Of a stretch of 25,170 bases of DNA, positions 17,218 through 25,097 are shown in pieces (within the stretch, counting starts at the first letter, position 1; every line of letters begins with the position of its first letter). The notes under the pieces are model-generated. The model saw only the letters and a program-made list of their open reading frames with translations. It was not told the origin of the DNA and searched no databases. Source of the stretch: a virus. Taxonomy: Duplodnaviria > Caudoviricetes. The translations under genes and the position numbers were made by a program. The stretch is from positions 1 to 25,170 of IMG/VR virus record IMGVR_UViG_3300020440_001398; one strand, given 5' to 3'.

Positions 17218-18147
17218 GACGCTGAATCACAAATAACAACAACACGCAGAATAAATTTAGAAAAAATTAATGCATCTGATCCAGAACCTCAGTTTTCATT
17301 AAAAAGCGAAACAAACACTGGTGGGTTTGGTACTTCTATTATACAAGTTTGGAATACCCATACAGGTACATATGGTCAAGAACTTACATTTAATAGATCA
17401 AACGGAACCTATGCAACTCCAACGGCAGTACAAAACGGTGACTTTTCAGGTAGTATTACAATTAGAGCCCACGACGGAAGTGACTATACTACAATAGGTG
17501 CTATGCACGTAGTCACAGATAGAATAGGTGGAACAGATGATATTGATAGTGAAATAAACTTTTTAACTAGAAACGGTGCATATGCAAGTACTTATGGTAC
17601 TATGCTTAAATTAGGCAAAGGTGCTACAGTAAGCGGATTTGTACAATTTGGTTCATACACTACAGCAGAACGAAACGCCCTTACACCTGCTAACGGAATG
17701 GTTATATATAATACAACTGTTAACAAATTCCAAGGATATGAAAACAGTGCTTGGGTGGATATTACAGGTTTAGGCGGCGATAGTATAGGCAACTTTACAT
17801 TCTCTAGCAGTATAATTGACACAGACGATTCAAGTGGAATTACATTTACTCCAGCTGTTACAATGAATAGTGATTTAACTGTAGAAAATGATTTACGTGT
17901 AACTAATGTAGTTTATGCAGAAAGTTTTCAATCAACAGGAACAGGTTCGCCTACACTTACAAGTAACAGTACAATCACTCTAAGTGCAGTTGATAGAATA
18001 AACATTGCCAGAGGTCCGATTAATCAAGCAAGTTTTACAACAACAGAACGTGATGCAACATCTGCTATAAACGGTGATATGATATACAATACTACTACAA
18101 ATAAATTCCAAGGTTATGCTAATGGTGCTTGGGTCGACCTACATTAA
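16267..18147 (+). CDS. Modular tail fibre protein
   Basis: SYTDLSNKP, PTTLSGYGITNAYTKAEVD and L.DV...GQ.L.(Y/W) fibre repeats. Two GDLKGSVF modules, two YNTT.NKFQGY...WVD modules and one His-rich module. Confidence 0.75.
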   Translation: MAVRYPLVIDTTDNNKIKELPLNDSLNLSTNSIVNAVNITASGTLTVANLVVDSNSVSINGNPIATVALTNSYTDLSNKPSLFDGQYSSLTGRPTIVSTTEDLADVSSTQATNGQALIYNSTSGVYEPGSIADAALDLTSQSISELADVAVISIATNQVLKWTGATFANSNIAFGELTGTPTTLSGYGITNAYTKAEVDAQISAPPGDLKGSVFGDDSTLLVDGVNSKLVGPIDTNGGQARFSSLVNQYSDLADISPVTYHGMIVHVHSEGAWYGAHAGGWYKIADVVNSLAGDLKGSVFADDSTILVDAVNGKIVGDAESQITTTRRINLEKINASDPEPQFSLKSETNTGGFGTSIIQVWNTHTGTYGQELTFNRSNGTYATPTAVQNGDFSGSITIRAHDGSDYTTIGAMHVVTDRIGGTDDIDSEINFLTRNGAYASTYGTMLKLGKGATVSGFVQFGSYTTAERNALTPANGMVIYNTTVNKFQGYENSAWVDITGLGGDSIGNFTFSSSIIDTDDSSGITFTPAVTMNSDLTVENDLRVTNVVYAESFQSTGTGSPTLTSNSTITLSAVDRINIARGPINQASFTTTERDATSAINGDMIYNTTTNKFQGYANGAWVDLH

Positions 18148-18156
18148 GGAATAGCT

Positions 18157-19728
18157 ATGAGCGAAAAAGAATATATTGTAACATTAACAGCTGATGCAGA
18201 TCCTAGTAGTTTTCAGGCTGAAATGACAAATAGTACAGGCGATAGTAATATACCTTCTCGTACTGTTGATGTAGCCAATTCCAGACTAGGTTCAAAAAGA
18301 AATACACATTATTCATTAAGCGATGCAGAAGCAAGTAATTTAAAAAATGACAGTAGAGTATTAGATGTTGCTATACCGCCACAACAAGATACTAATTTAG
18401 AAATAGGGTTACATGCAAGCGAAAATGTTAATTATTATAAGGGCACATCTGATAACGGACAATATTATGATTGGGGTAAACACCGACATAGCATTACTGA
18501 AGAAACGCAAGCATGGTATCCAACTTTAGCAGGAAAATATGATTACATATTAGATGGTACAGGTGTAGATGTTGTCATACAAGACAGTGGACTACAAGTA
18601 GACCACCCAGAATTTAATGATGCATCTGGAGTAAGTAGAGTACAACTTATAGATTGGTATGCTGCAAGTGGACTAAGCGGATCACAGAGTGCAAACCACA
18701 ACAGAGATAGAGACGGACATGGAACACATGTTGGTGGTACAGCCGTAGGTTTAACTTTTGGATGGGCAAGAAATGCTCGTATATATGGATTAAAAGTAAA
18801 TGGTTTAGAAGGCTCAGGCGATAGCGGCACAGGTATTTCTATAAACGATGTTTTTGATGTTATAAAATTATGGCACCGCAATAAACCTATTGATCCTATC
18901 ACAGGAAGAAAACGTCCTACTATAATAAATGCAAGTTGGGGATATAGTACTCCGGCAAGTTCTTTGAACAGTGTATCATATAGAGGTGTAACTTACACTA
19001 GTGGAAATGATGCAAGTTTTAATTCATCTCCTAATACACATATGAGAGACACTTACGGAATTTATCCATACATTTCAAATTCTGCGTATAGAGCGCCTGT
19101 AAGAGTTGCAAGTGTAGACACAGATGTACAAGAATTAATTGATGAAGGTGTACATGTGTGCATAGCCGCAGGAAACAATAGTTTCAAAGTAGATGTAAGT
19201 GGAGGCGATGATTATAATAATTCATTTGATAGGGGATCAGGTGATGTTTTTTATCATAGAGGAAGTTCACCTTATAGTACAGAAGCATTTATGGTAGGAA
19301 GTTTGTTAAGTGAAAATGCTACCGGTGATAAGAAAGTAAACTTTAGCACTACAGGCCCAGGAGTAGACATTTATGCTGCTGGTGATGAAATATTAAGTTG
19401 TACAAGCAACACAAACAAGTTTGCAGATGCAGCCTATTGGGGGAACAGTAGTTTTAGACAGTGTAATATTAATGGCACAAGTATGGCAAGTCCGCAAGTA
19501 TGCGGAGTAGGTGCCTTATATCTACAAGCTAATCCAGGTATATCACCTGCAGAACTTAGAACAATGATACACAATGATTCATCAGCAACAATGCCAGCAG
19601 GCACACTTACAGGTTATGGTAGTACAGATAATGCTATGGGAGGACCTCAAAGAGTGCTCGTACAAAGATATAATACTGCTGTTCCATACGTGAATAACAT
19701 AACTGGTAAATACAATTTAAGGAATTAG
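18157..19728 (+). CDS. Subtilisin-like serine protease (peptidase S8)
   Basis: Complete catalytic set: VVIQDSG (Asp), GHGTHVGG (His), AAGNN (oxyanion Asn), NGTSMASPQV (Ser). N-terminal EYIVTL resembles an I9-like propeptide. Confidence 0.9.
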   Translation: MSEKEYIVTLTADADPSSFQAEMTNSTGDSNIPSRTVDVANSRLGSKRNTHYSLSDAEASNLKNDSRVLDVAIPPQQDTNLEIGLHASENVNYYKGTSDNGQYYDWGKHRHSITEETQAWYPTLAGKYDYILDGTGVDVVIQDSGLQVDHPEFNDASGVSRVQLIDWYAASGLSGSQSANHNRDRDGHGTHVGGTAVGLTFGWARNARIYGLKVNGLEGSGDSGTGISINDVFDVIKLWHRNKPIDPITGRKRPTIINASWGYSTPASSLNSVSYRGVTYTSGNDASFNSSPNTHMRDTYGIYPYISNSAYRAPVRVASVDTDVQELIDEGVHVCIAAGNNSFKVDVSGGDDYNNSFDRGSGDVFYHRGSSPYSTEAFMVGSLLSENATGDKKVNFSTTGPGVDIYAAGDEILSCTSNTNKFADAAYWGNSSFRQCNINGTSMASPQVCGVGALYLQANPGISPAELRTMIHNDSSATMPAGTLTGYGSTDNAMGGPQRVLVQRYNTAVPYVNNITGKYNLRN

Positions 19729-19730
19729 TA

Positions 19731-20435
19731 ATGGCAATACAATCAATTAACATAGGTAGCATAGCAAACGACGGTACTGGTGATGATCTTCGCGAAGCTT
19801 TCAATAAAGTAAATGCAAACTTTCTAGATTTAGATACAAAGTTAAGCATAGCAGAAGGCAGTGATGCAGAAAATTTAGGACTAGGCGAAGGTATATTTGC
19901 ACAAAAAAGTGACAACATTCTACAACTTAGGAGTATTGTAGCAGGATCTAACATAAGTTTAAGTGGTGGCGGAAATAGTATTACAATAAGTGGCGATGCT
20001 GCTATGAAACAACTTATTGTTGTAAGTGACAGCGGCAGTGTTGTACTAGGTACCGGCAACCAAACTATCCGTATACAGGGTGGTACAGGATTAACTACTA
20101 GAGTCACGTCTGAAGACGTATTTATTGATATTGAAGGCACTAATTTAGTTGCATCTGATACTGCTCCGGTACTAGGTGGTAATTTAAATGCAAACAGTAG
20201 AAATATATCTGCCGCAGGTACAATAACAGCAACATCATTTGTTGGACCTTTGACTGGTTTAGTAAACGGAATTGATGTAAGTGATCTAGATAAATTTGTT
20301 TTAGGATTTGACTTTGGTGCTATTGTTCCTGTAATAAATAGTTTTTCACAGTATTTTGCTGCAAACACAGACGTTGATCTAGGATCATTTACAATACCAA
20401 ATGCCTCAGTAATTGACATGGGTGCTATTGCTTAA
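19731..20435 (+). CDS. Tail/baseplate protein with gp9/gp10-like N-terminus
   Basis: MAIQSINIGSIANDGTGDDLREAFNKVNANFLDL. DTAPVLGGNLNAN motif resembles DLSPTLGGPLDAG in the giant protein. Confidence 0.75.
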   Translation: MAIQSINIGSIANDGTGDDLREAFNKVNANFLDLDTKLSIAEGSDAENLGLGEGIFAQKSDNILQLRSIVAGSNISLSGGGNSITISGDAAMKQLIVVSDSGSVVLGTGNQTIRIQGGTGLTTRVTSEDVFIDIEGTNLVASDTAPVLGGNLNANSRNISAAGTITATSFVGPLTGLVNGIDVSDLDKFVLGFDFGAIVPVINSFSQYFAANTDVDLGSFTIPNASVIDMGAIA

Positions 20436-20439
20436 CTCC

Positions 20440-20447
20440 GATAAATA
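20440..20447 (+). promoter_or_regulatory. Late-type promoter GATAAATA
   Basis: Intergenic, followed by SD AAGGAG and ATG 20464. Confidence 0.7.
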
Positions 20448-20463
20448 TACATAAGGAGTATAC

Positions 20464-23013
20464 ATGGCCGACTTTTGGACAATACCATCAGATAAAACAA
20501 TCGCAACAATAGAGGAACGTGTAACGGTTAAAATACCATTACCTCTAAATGGTAGATATCTACCATTAGCTACTTCAGGATTAACAATTACAGTAATATC
20601 AGGAAATATTCCTAAAGGAATGAGACTTTCAGGATACGAAATAATCGGAACACCATTTGAAGTTGCCCGTGATGTCAAATATGAATTTTGTGTAAGAGCA
20701 ACACACAACGGTCAAATTACAGATCGTACGTTTAGTATTATTGTTACAGGAGCTGACGAACCAGTTTGGACAACACCAGAAGGTAGTCTACCGGTAGGTT
20801 CAAATAATGCATTTTTTATTATAGATAGTGCTCCGTTAGACTACCAGCTAATTGCAGTAGACCCAGATGTAACAGCAGGAGATAATTTAGAATATACTAA
20901 AATAGCAGGTGAGATTCCGCCAGGCATTACACTAACAAAAGATGGTAGGTTAGCAGGAGTTGTAGAACCTATCCTAGCATTAGAAGTCGAAGCTGGCTCT
21001 GGATTATATGACGAGAACAATTATGGAAGTTTTCCATATGATTTTGGAGAAAGGTCAGGTAATGGTTTTGATAGTTTCTTTTATGATCTAGGCATTTATG
21101 ACTTATCTATTCCTACACGTTCTCCAAAAAAATTAAATAGATATTACGAATTTACAGTCAGAGTATCTGACGGTGATAGCATTACTGACAGAACTTTTAA
21201 AATTTACGTTGTAGGTGATGATTTCCTTAGAGCAGACAATACTATAATGCAAGTTGCTAATGGATTGTTTACAGCAGATATCTCTAATGTAAGAGTGCCA
21301 ATTTGGTTAACGCCTACCAACTTTGGTTTTAGGAGAGCAAATAATTTTGTTACACTTTACCTAGACGTAATTGATCCTAATCCAGATACTGGTATAATTA
21401 CATATAGCCTTCAATCTTTAAATGATGATGGAAGTACAAGCACACTTCCACCAGGATTGGAGTTAGATACGCAAAGTGGAGAACTAGCAGGAAAGGTTCC
21501 TTATCAACCTGCAATTACAATAGAATATAAGTTTACAGTACGAGCAACACGTTCTGAAGTTAATAGTACCGACCAACCATTTAAAGATAAAACTTTCACA
21601 GTGAAACTTTTAGGAGAGATAGACAGTGTATTAACTTGGAATACTGCTTCTGAACTAGGTACTATAAGTTCTAATTATATAAGCACACTTTCAGTAAATG
21701 CAAGTACAACAGTTCCTAATGCTAATTTATTGTATATTTTAGAAAGTGGTAGTTTGCCACCTGGATTGAGACTAGGCCCAGATGGAGAAATAATCGGTAA
21801 GATTAATAGCTTCGGTACAGTAGATACACCTGGCTTAACTGTGTTTGATAATCAAAATTTAGTAATTGATGGAAATACAACATCTATTGATAGAGAATTT
21901 ACATTTACAGCATCCGTAAGAGATCATTTTGGATTTAGTAAAATTCAAAGAACATTTACGGTTACAGTTATTGATCCAGATGATAAGTTATACAGTAATA
22001 TTAATGTTCGTCCATTACTCTCAGAATCACAACGTAAAAATTTAACCGAGATTATTACTGACAGTAGAATTTTCGATAACGATAAAATATATAGACCTAA
22101 TGATCCAAACTTCGGATTACAAAAAAATTTACAAATGTTAATTTATGCAGGAATAGAAACAAAACTCGTTAATAGATATGTTGCAGCTATGGCACGTAAT
22201 CATAAACGCAAGAATTTTAAATTAGGTGAAGTTAAAACAGCTATAGCAAAAAATCCAGGGAGTGATTCTATAGTATATGAAGTTGTATATATAGATGTAA
22301 TTGATCCTGCAGAAAGTCCAACAGGTATAAAAACACGCAGTAATTTTACAATTAGAAATAAAGCAGAAAACACAATTGATGTTGATCGTTATACCTCAGA
22401 TGGGTACACTATTGAAGGGGAGTCATTAGATTTATCTGATCCTGATTCTTTGACATTAGGTACTAGACGTTTTTCTAATATAGAAGTAGATATATTACCA
22501 AAATTAAAAATTACATTAAGAGACAGCACAATAGCTGCTGTTGATACAGGTGATGGATTTGCTGTTGGAGTAAGGTCTGGTTTAGATATTATATCTCCTG
22601 TTACTCAAGGTTCGTTTGATACAAATAGATTTAGGCCAGTACCCGAAAACACTATAAGAGTTGATTCAGAAATAATTACTATAGATGGGGCTAATGATAC
22701 TAAAAGATTTATTTCTAGTATAGATAATATGCGAGATAGAATTAAATCAATAGGCGAGACTGAAATAAACTTCCTACCTTTGTGGATGAGAACATCTCAG
22801 CCTGGAAGTATTGCTAGATTAGGTTTTGTAAATGCAATACCTTTAGTGTATTGTAAGGCAGGACAAAGTATAAGTATTAAAAATGCTATTGACAATGCAA
22901 ATATAAAATTTAATCAGTTTGACTACGACATTGATAGATATGTGATAGATAGCACAGAAGGCGTATCAGATGAAAAATATATCATGTTCGCAAATTATAA
23001 GTTCAACGTCTAA
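20464..23013 (+). CDS. Virion protein with putative Ig (He_PIG/cadherin-like) repeats
   Basis: Four repeats of G.(I/L)P.G(M/I/L).L...G.(I/L).G followed by (Y/F).FTVR...DRTF.(I/V).V strands. Confidence 0.7.
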   Translation: MADFWTIPSDKTIATIEERVTVKIPLPLNGRYLPLATSGLTITVISGNIPKGMRLSGYEIIGTPFEVARDVKYEFCVRATHNGQITDRTFSIIVTGADEPVWTTPEGSLPVGSNNAFFIIDSAPLDYQLIAVDPDVTAGDNLEYTKIAGEIPPGITLTKDGRLAGVVEPILALEVEAGSGLYDENNYGSFPYDFGERSGNGFDSFFYDLGIYDLSIPTRSPKKLNRYYEFTVRVSDGDSITDRTFKIYVVGDDFLRADNTIMQVANGLFTADISNVRVPIWLTPTNFGFRRANNFVTLYLDVIDPNPDTGIITYSLQSLNDDGSTSTLPPGLELDTQSGELAGKVPYQPAITIEYKFTVRATRSEVNSTDQPFKDKTFTVKLLGEIDSVLTWNTASELGTISSNYISTLSVNASTTVPNANLLYILESGSLPPGLRLGPDGEIIGKINSFGTVDTPGLTVFDNQNLVIDGNTTSIDREFTFTASVRDHFGFSKIQRTFTVTVIDPDDKLYSNINVRPLLSESQRKNLTEIITDSRIFDNDKIYRPNDPNFGLQKNLQMLIYAGIETKLVNRYVAAMARNHKRKNFKLGEVKTAIAKNPGSDSIVYEVVYIDVIDPAESPTGIKTRSNFTIRNKAENTIDVDRYTSDGYTIEGESLDLSDPDSLTLGTRRFSNIEVDILPKLKITLRDSTIAAVDTGDGFAVGVRSGLDIISPVTQGSFDTNRFRPVPENTIRVDSEIITIDGANDTKRFISSIDNMRDRIKSIGETEINFLPLWMRTSQPGSIARLGFVNAIPLVYCKAGQSISIKNAIDNANIKFNQFDYDIDRYVIDSTEGVSDEKYIMFANYKFNV

Positions 23014-23017
23014 AAGA

Positions 23018-23025
23018 CATAAATA
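23018..23025 (+). promoter_or_regulatory. Late-type promoter CATAAATA
   Basis: Intergenic, followed by GGAG and ATG 23045. Confidence 0.65.
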
Positions 23026-23044
23026 CTAACGGAGAAACAAAAAT

Positions 23045-23614
23045 ATGGCAACTACAACAAGTTCAAGTGCAATACAAGGTATAGATGCATTATATCCTGT
23101 GGCCGGTGTGGATAATGATTCACAGGGGTTTAGAGATAATTTTAATATAATTAAAACACAATTAAACAATGCTGCCACTGATTTGACTACACTGGATACA
23201 AATACTGCAAAGTTAAACGCAAATAATGATTTTAGTGCTAATAATATAACAGATGCAAACTTTATTGCTAACACACACGAAGTTAATAACATTGGATCCT
23301 TGTCTGCAAGCCAAAACATAAACTGGACTGATGGAGACTATCAAACTCTTACAGTTACAGCCAACCCAATTACATTGTCTTTTACTAGTTGGGGCGCAAC
23401 AGGTAAACTTTGTAAAGTAAGGCTACAAATTGCTACTGATAATACAGCTAATGTTGTTAATTTTAATGCACTGGGCGGAACAATTTTTAAAGGTCCGGGC
23501 TTTCCAGTATCATTCACAATTAGTGCTACAACCAAAAGAGCAATAGTAGATTTTTGGACTACTAATGCTGGTCAAACTGTTTTTGCTGACTATGTAGGTG
23601 AGTTTAGCTCGTAA
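23045..23614 (+). CDS. Putative virion structural protein
   Basis: YPVAGVDNDSQGFRDNF N-terminal motif, short coiled coil, then a beta-rich domain. Late promoter upstream. Confidence 0.6.
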   Translation: MATTTSSSAIQGIDALYPVAGVDNDSQGFRDNFNIIKTQLNNAATDLTTLDTNTAKLNANNDFSANNITDANFIANTHEVNNIGSLSASQNINWTDGDYQTLTVTANPITLSFTSWGATGKLCKVRLQIATDNTANVVNFNALGGTIFKGPGFPVSFTISATTKRAIVDFWTTNAGQTVFADYVGEFSS

Positions 23615-23847
23615 TGAGTCATCCTCTACTAGAGAATCTTACAGTATTATCTGATACAGACTTGCAAGAACGTCTTTCAAGTATTTCAACAAAGTATTGG
23701 CAGACTCAAAATCCAGACGTTCGTTCGCAAATGATTGTTATAATCGATGAGCTTAAATACGAATTAAAGCTAAGATCATCTAAACCTGTAGAAAATTCTG
23801 AAGATGATGGCGATAATTCTCTTGACAATTTAATTAATATCAGTTAA
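23614..23847 (+). CDS. Small helical hypothetical protein
   Basis: TAATG-coupled to the upstream gene. Amphipathic helical pattern with an acidic tail. Confidence 0.65.
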   Translation: MSHPLLENLTVLSDTDLQERLSSISTKYWQTQNPDVRSQMIVIIDELKYELKLRSSKPVENSEDDGDNSLDNLINIS

Positions 23848-23850
23848 AAT
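23822..23850 (+). promoter_or_regulatory. sigma70 promoter for the DnaE-like fragment
   Basis: TTGACA 23822-23827, 17-nt spacer, TAAAAT 23845-23850. Expected +1 coincides with ATG 23857. Confidence 0.75.
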
Positions 23851-23856
23851 ACATGT

Positions 23857-24378
23857 ATGCTTATGAAAACAGACTCTCTCGGTATTCCGCGATTCACAAA
23901 TAAAGATCTTATAGACATGATCTATACAGGTCATTCAGACAAAGTGCATGTTGTGCTTTGTGACGAATCAGATGATATAGATAAATTTAACAAGGCTATG
24001 GAAGAACAAGGTCTTAGTAAACTACAAAAATATATCCCATTAAATGTAGACGAAAAGACTTTTGACGGTGTATGTCAAAGTGAATGGTTTATGCCTGACG
24101 CATACAAAGCCATTAATATACATAATTATATCATGCCAAAATGCCTATCACCAGAAGAAGCTACAAGAGTAGAAGAAGAACTACAAGCGTTTAAAGAACG
24201 TGACATGTATGATCTTTTACGCTATATGATTTATCTTGTGGACTTTATGCGTGAGAACAATATTGTATGGGGTGTAGGACGTGGATCAAGTGTAGCAAGT
24301 TATGTACTATATTTGATAGGCGTACACAAAATAGATTCGATCCAGTTTGGCCTGGATTGGAGAGAGTTCTTAAGATAA
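23857..24378 (+). CDS. dnaE: DNA polymerase III alpha (DnaE, family C) partial palm-domain protein
   Basis: RVEEELQAF...LLRYMIYLVDFMRENNIVWGVGRGSSVASYVLYLIGVHKIDSIQFGLDWREFLR aligns by eye with the DnaE segment RLETEL...GPGRGSGAGSLVAYAL.IT.LDP..FDLLFERFL. Only 173 aa. Confidence 0.85.
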   Translation: MLMKTDSLGIPRFTNKDLIDMIYTGHSDKVHVVLCDESDDIDKFNKAMEEQGLSKLQKYIPLNVDEKTFDGVCQSEWFMPDAYKAINIHNYIMPKCLSPEEATRVEEELQAFKERDMYDLLRYMIYLVDFMRENNIVWGVGRGSSVASYVLYLIGVHKIDSIQFGLDWREFLR

Positions 24379-24381
24379 GTA
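24374..24381 (+). promoter_or_regulatory. Possible late-promoter variant GATAAGTA
   Basis: One mismatch to GATAAATA. Overlaps the dnaE-fragment stop, upstream of SD AGGAGG for 24406. Confidence 0.4.
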
Positions 24382-24405
24382 ACAATATAACTAGGAGGTA
24401 TAATT

Positions 24406-24735
24406 ATGCCAATGAAACAAACAGGACGTAAAGTCTATAAAACTATGCAAGGTAAATCTATTGATATGGATTTACTGCGTCAAAAAAACGAACTTACTCC
24501 AGCAGTAGGAAATGCTCGTGTCAATGCACGGGGTGACGAGTTAGGCCCAGGTGGTAAAATTATTCGCACTAGAGAACAAATACTTGCTGATCACAGAGCT
24601 GAAAACCCAGGAGTAACTGACGAATTACCTGTAGCTAAAGACGAACAGGTTGAACCTTCACCAGATCCACTAGAAGTTACCAACGAGGATTGGGTAGAAG
24701 ATGATGATGGCAACTTTGTACAAAAAGGTGACTAA
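24406..24735 (+). CDS. Conserved phage hypothetical protein
   Basis: Strong SD AGGAGG. Motif-like core AVGNARVNARGDELGPGGKII. Acidic C-terminus. Confidence 0.7.
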   Translation: MPMKQTGRKVYKTMQGKSIDMDLLRQKNELTPAVGNARVNARGDELGPGGKIIRTREQILADHRAENPGVTDELPVAKDEQVEPSPDPLEVTNEDWVEDDDGNFVQKGD

Positions 24736-25089
24736 ATGGCAATTAACATAAACCGTATTAAGGCAGATATAAGACCTATTAAAAATAGAGTGCTTGTATG
24801 TGATATGCACTTCGGAGAACAAAAGACAGCAAGTGGTTTGATCATTTCAAACGACGACGGAACCTCTAGAGGAATATATCCTCGTTGGGGTAAAGTTTAT
24901 GCTAAAGGTCCAGACAACACAGATGAATATTCTATAGGAGACTGGATCCTTGTTGAACACGGTCGTTGGACTAGAGGTGTTGATATTGATAATGGTAAAC
25001 AAGAACTTACTGTAAGAATGGTAGAGGCAGAAAGTGTATTAGCATTTTCTACAGAAAAACCAGCAGATGTATACATTGGAAATGAATAG
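24736..25089 (+). CDS. groES: Co-chaperonin GroES (Cpn10; functional analogue of T4 gp31)
   Basis: IRPIKNRVLV, mobile loop EQKTASGLII, G(K)V.A.GP and IGDWILV motifs. Confidence 0.85.
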   Translation: MAININRIKADIRPIKNRVLVCDMHFGEQKTASGLIISNDDGTSRGIYPRWGKVYAKGPDNTDEYSIGDWILVEHGRWTRGVDIDNGKQELTVRMVEAESVLAFSTEKPADVYIGNE

Positions 25090-25097
25090 AGGCTAAA

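Noticed and set aside
16110-18147. Diversity-generating retroelement (TR/VR pair) in the repeated C-terminal YNTT..KFQGY modules
   Set aside because: Copies differ at all base types, mostly at synonymous sites rather than specifically at adenines. All copies are coding, and no reverse transcriptase is in the window.
19634-20419. 261-aa minus-strand ORF and the many other antisense ORFs over the tail genes
   Set aside because: Shadow ORFs arising from the codon bias of Gly/Thr/Ala/Ser-rich sense genes. No SD, promoter or recognisable motifs.
20413-20441. TTGACA near the end of 19731-20435 as a sigma70 promoter
   Set aside because: No -10-like hexamer at 16-18 nt spacing. The adjacent GATAAATA explains the downstream gene better.
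24340-24420. Programmed frameshift, readthrough or intron joining the dnaE fragment to downstream sequence
   Set aside because: No PDxDxD-like continuation is visible downstream, there is no slippery site or intron-sized gap, and the next gene has its own strong SD.
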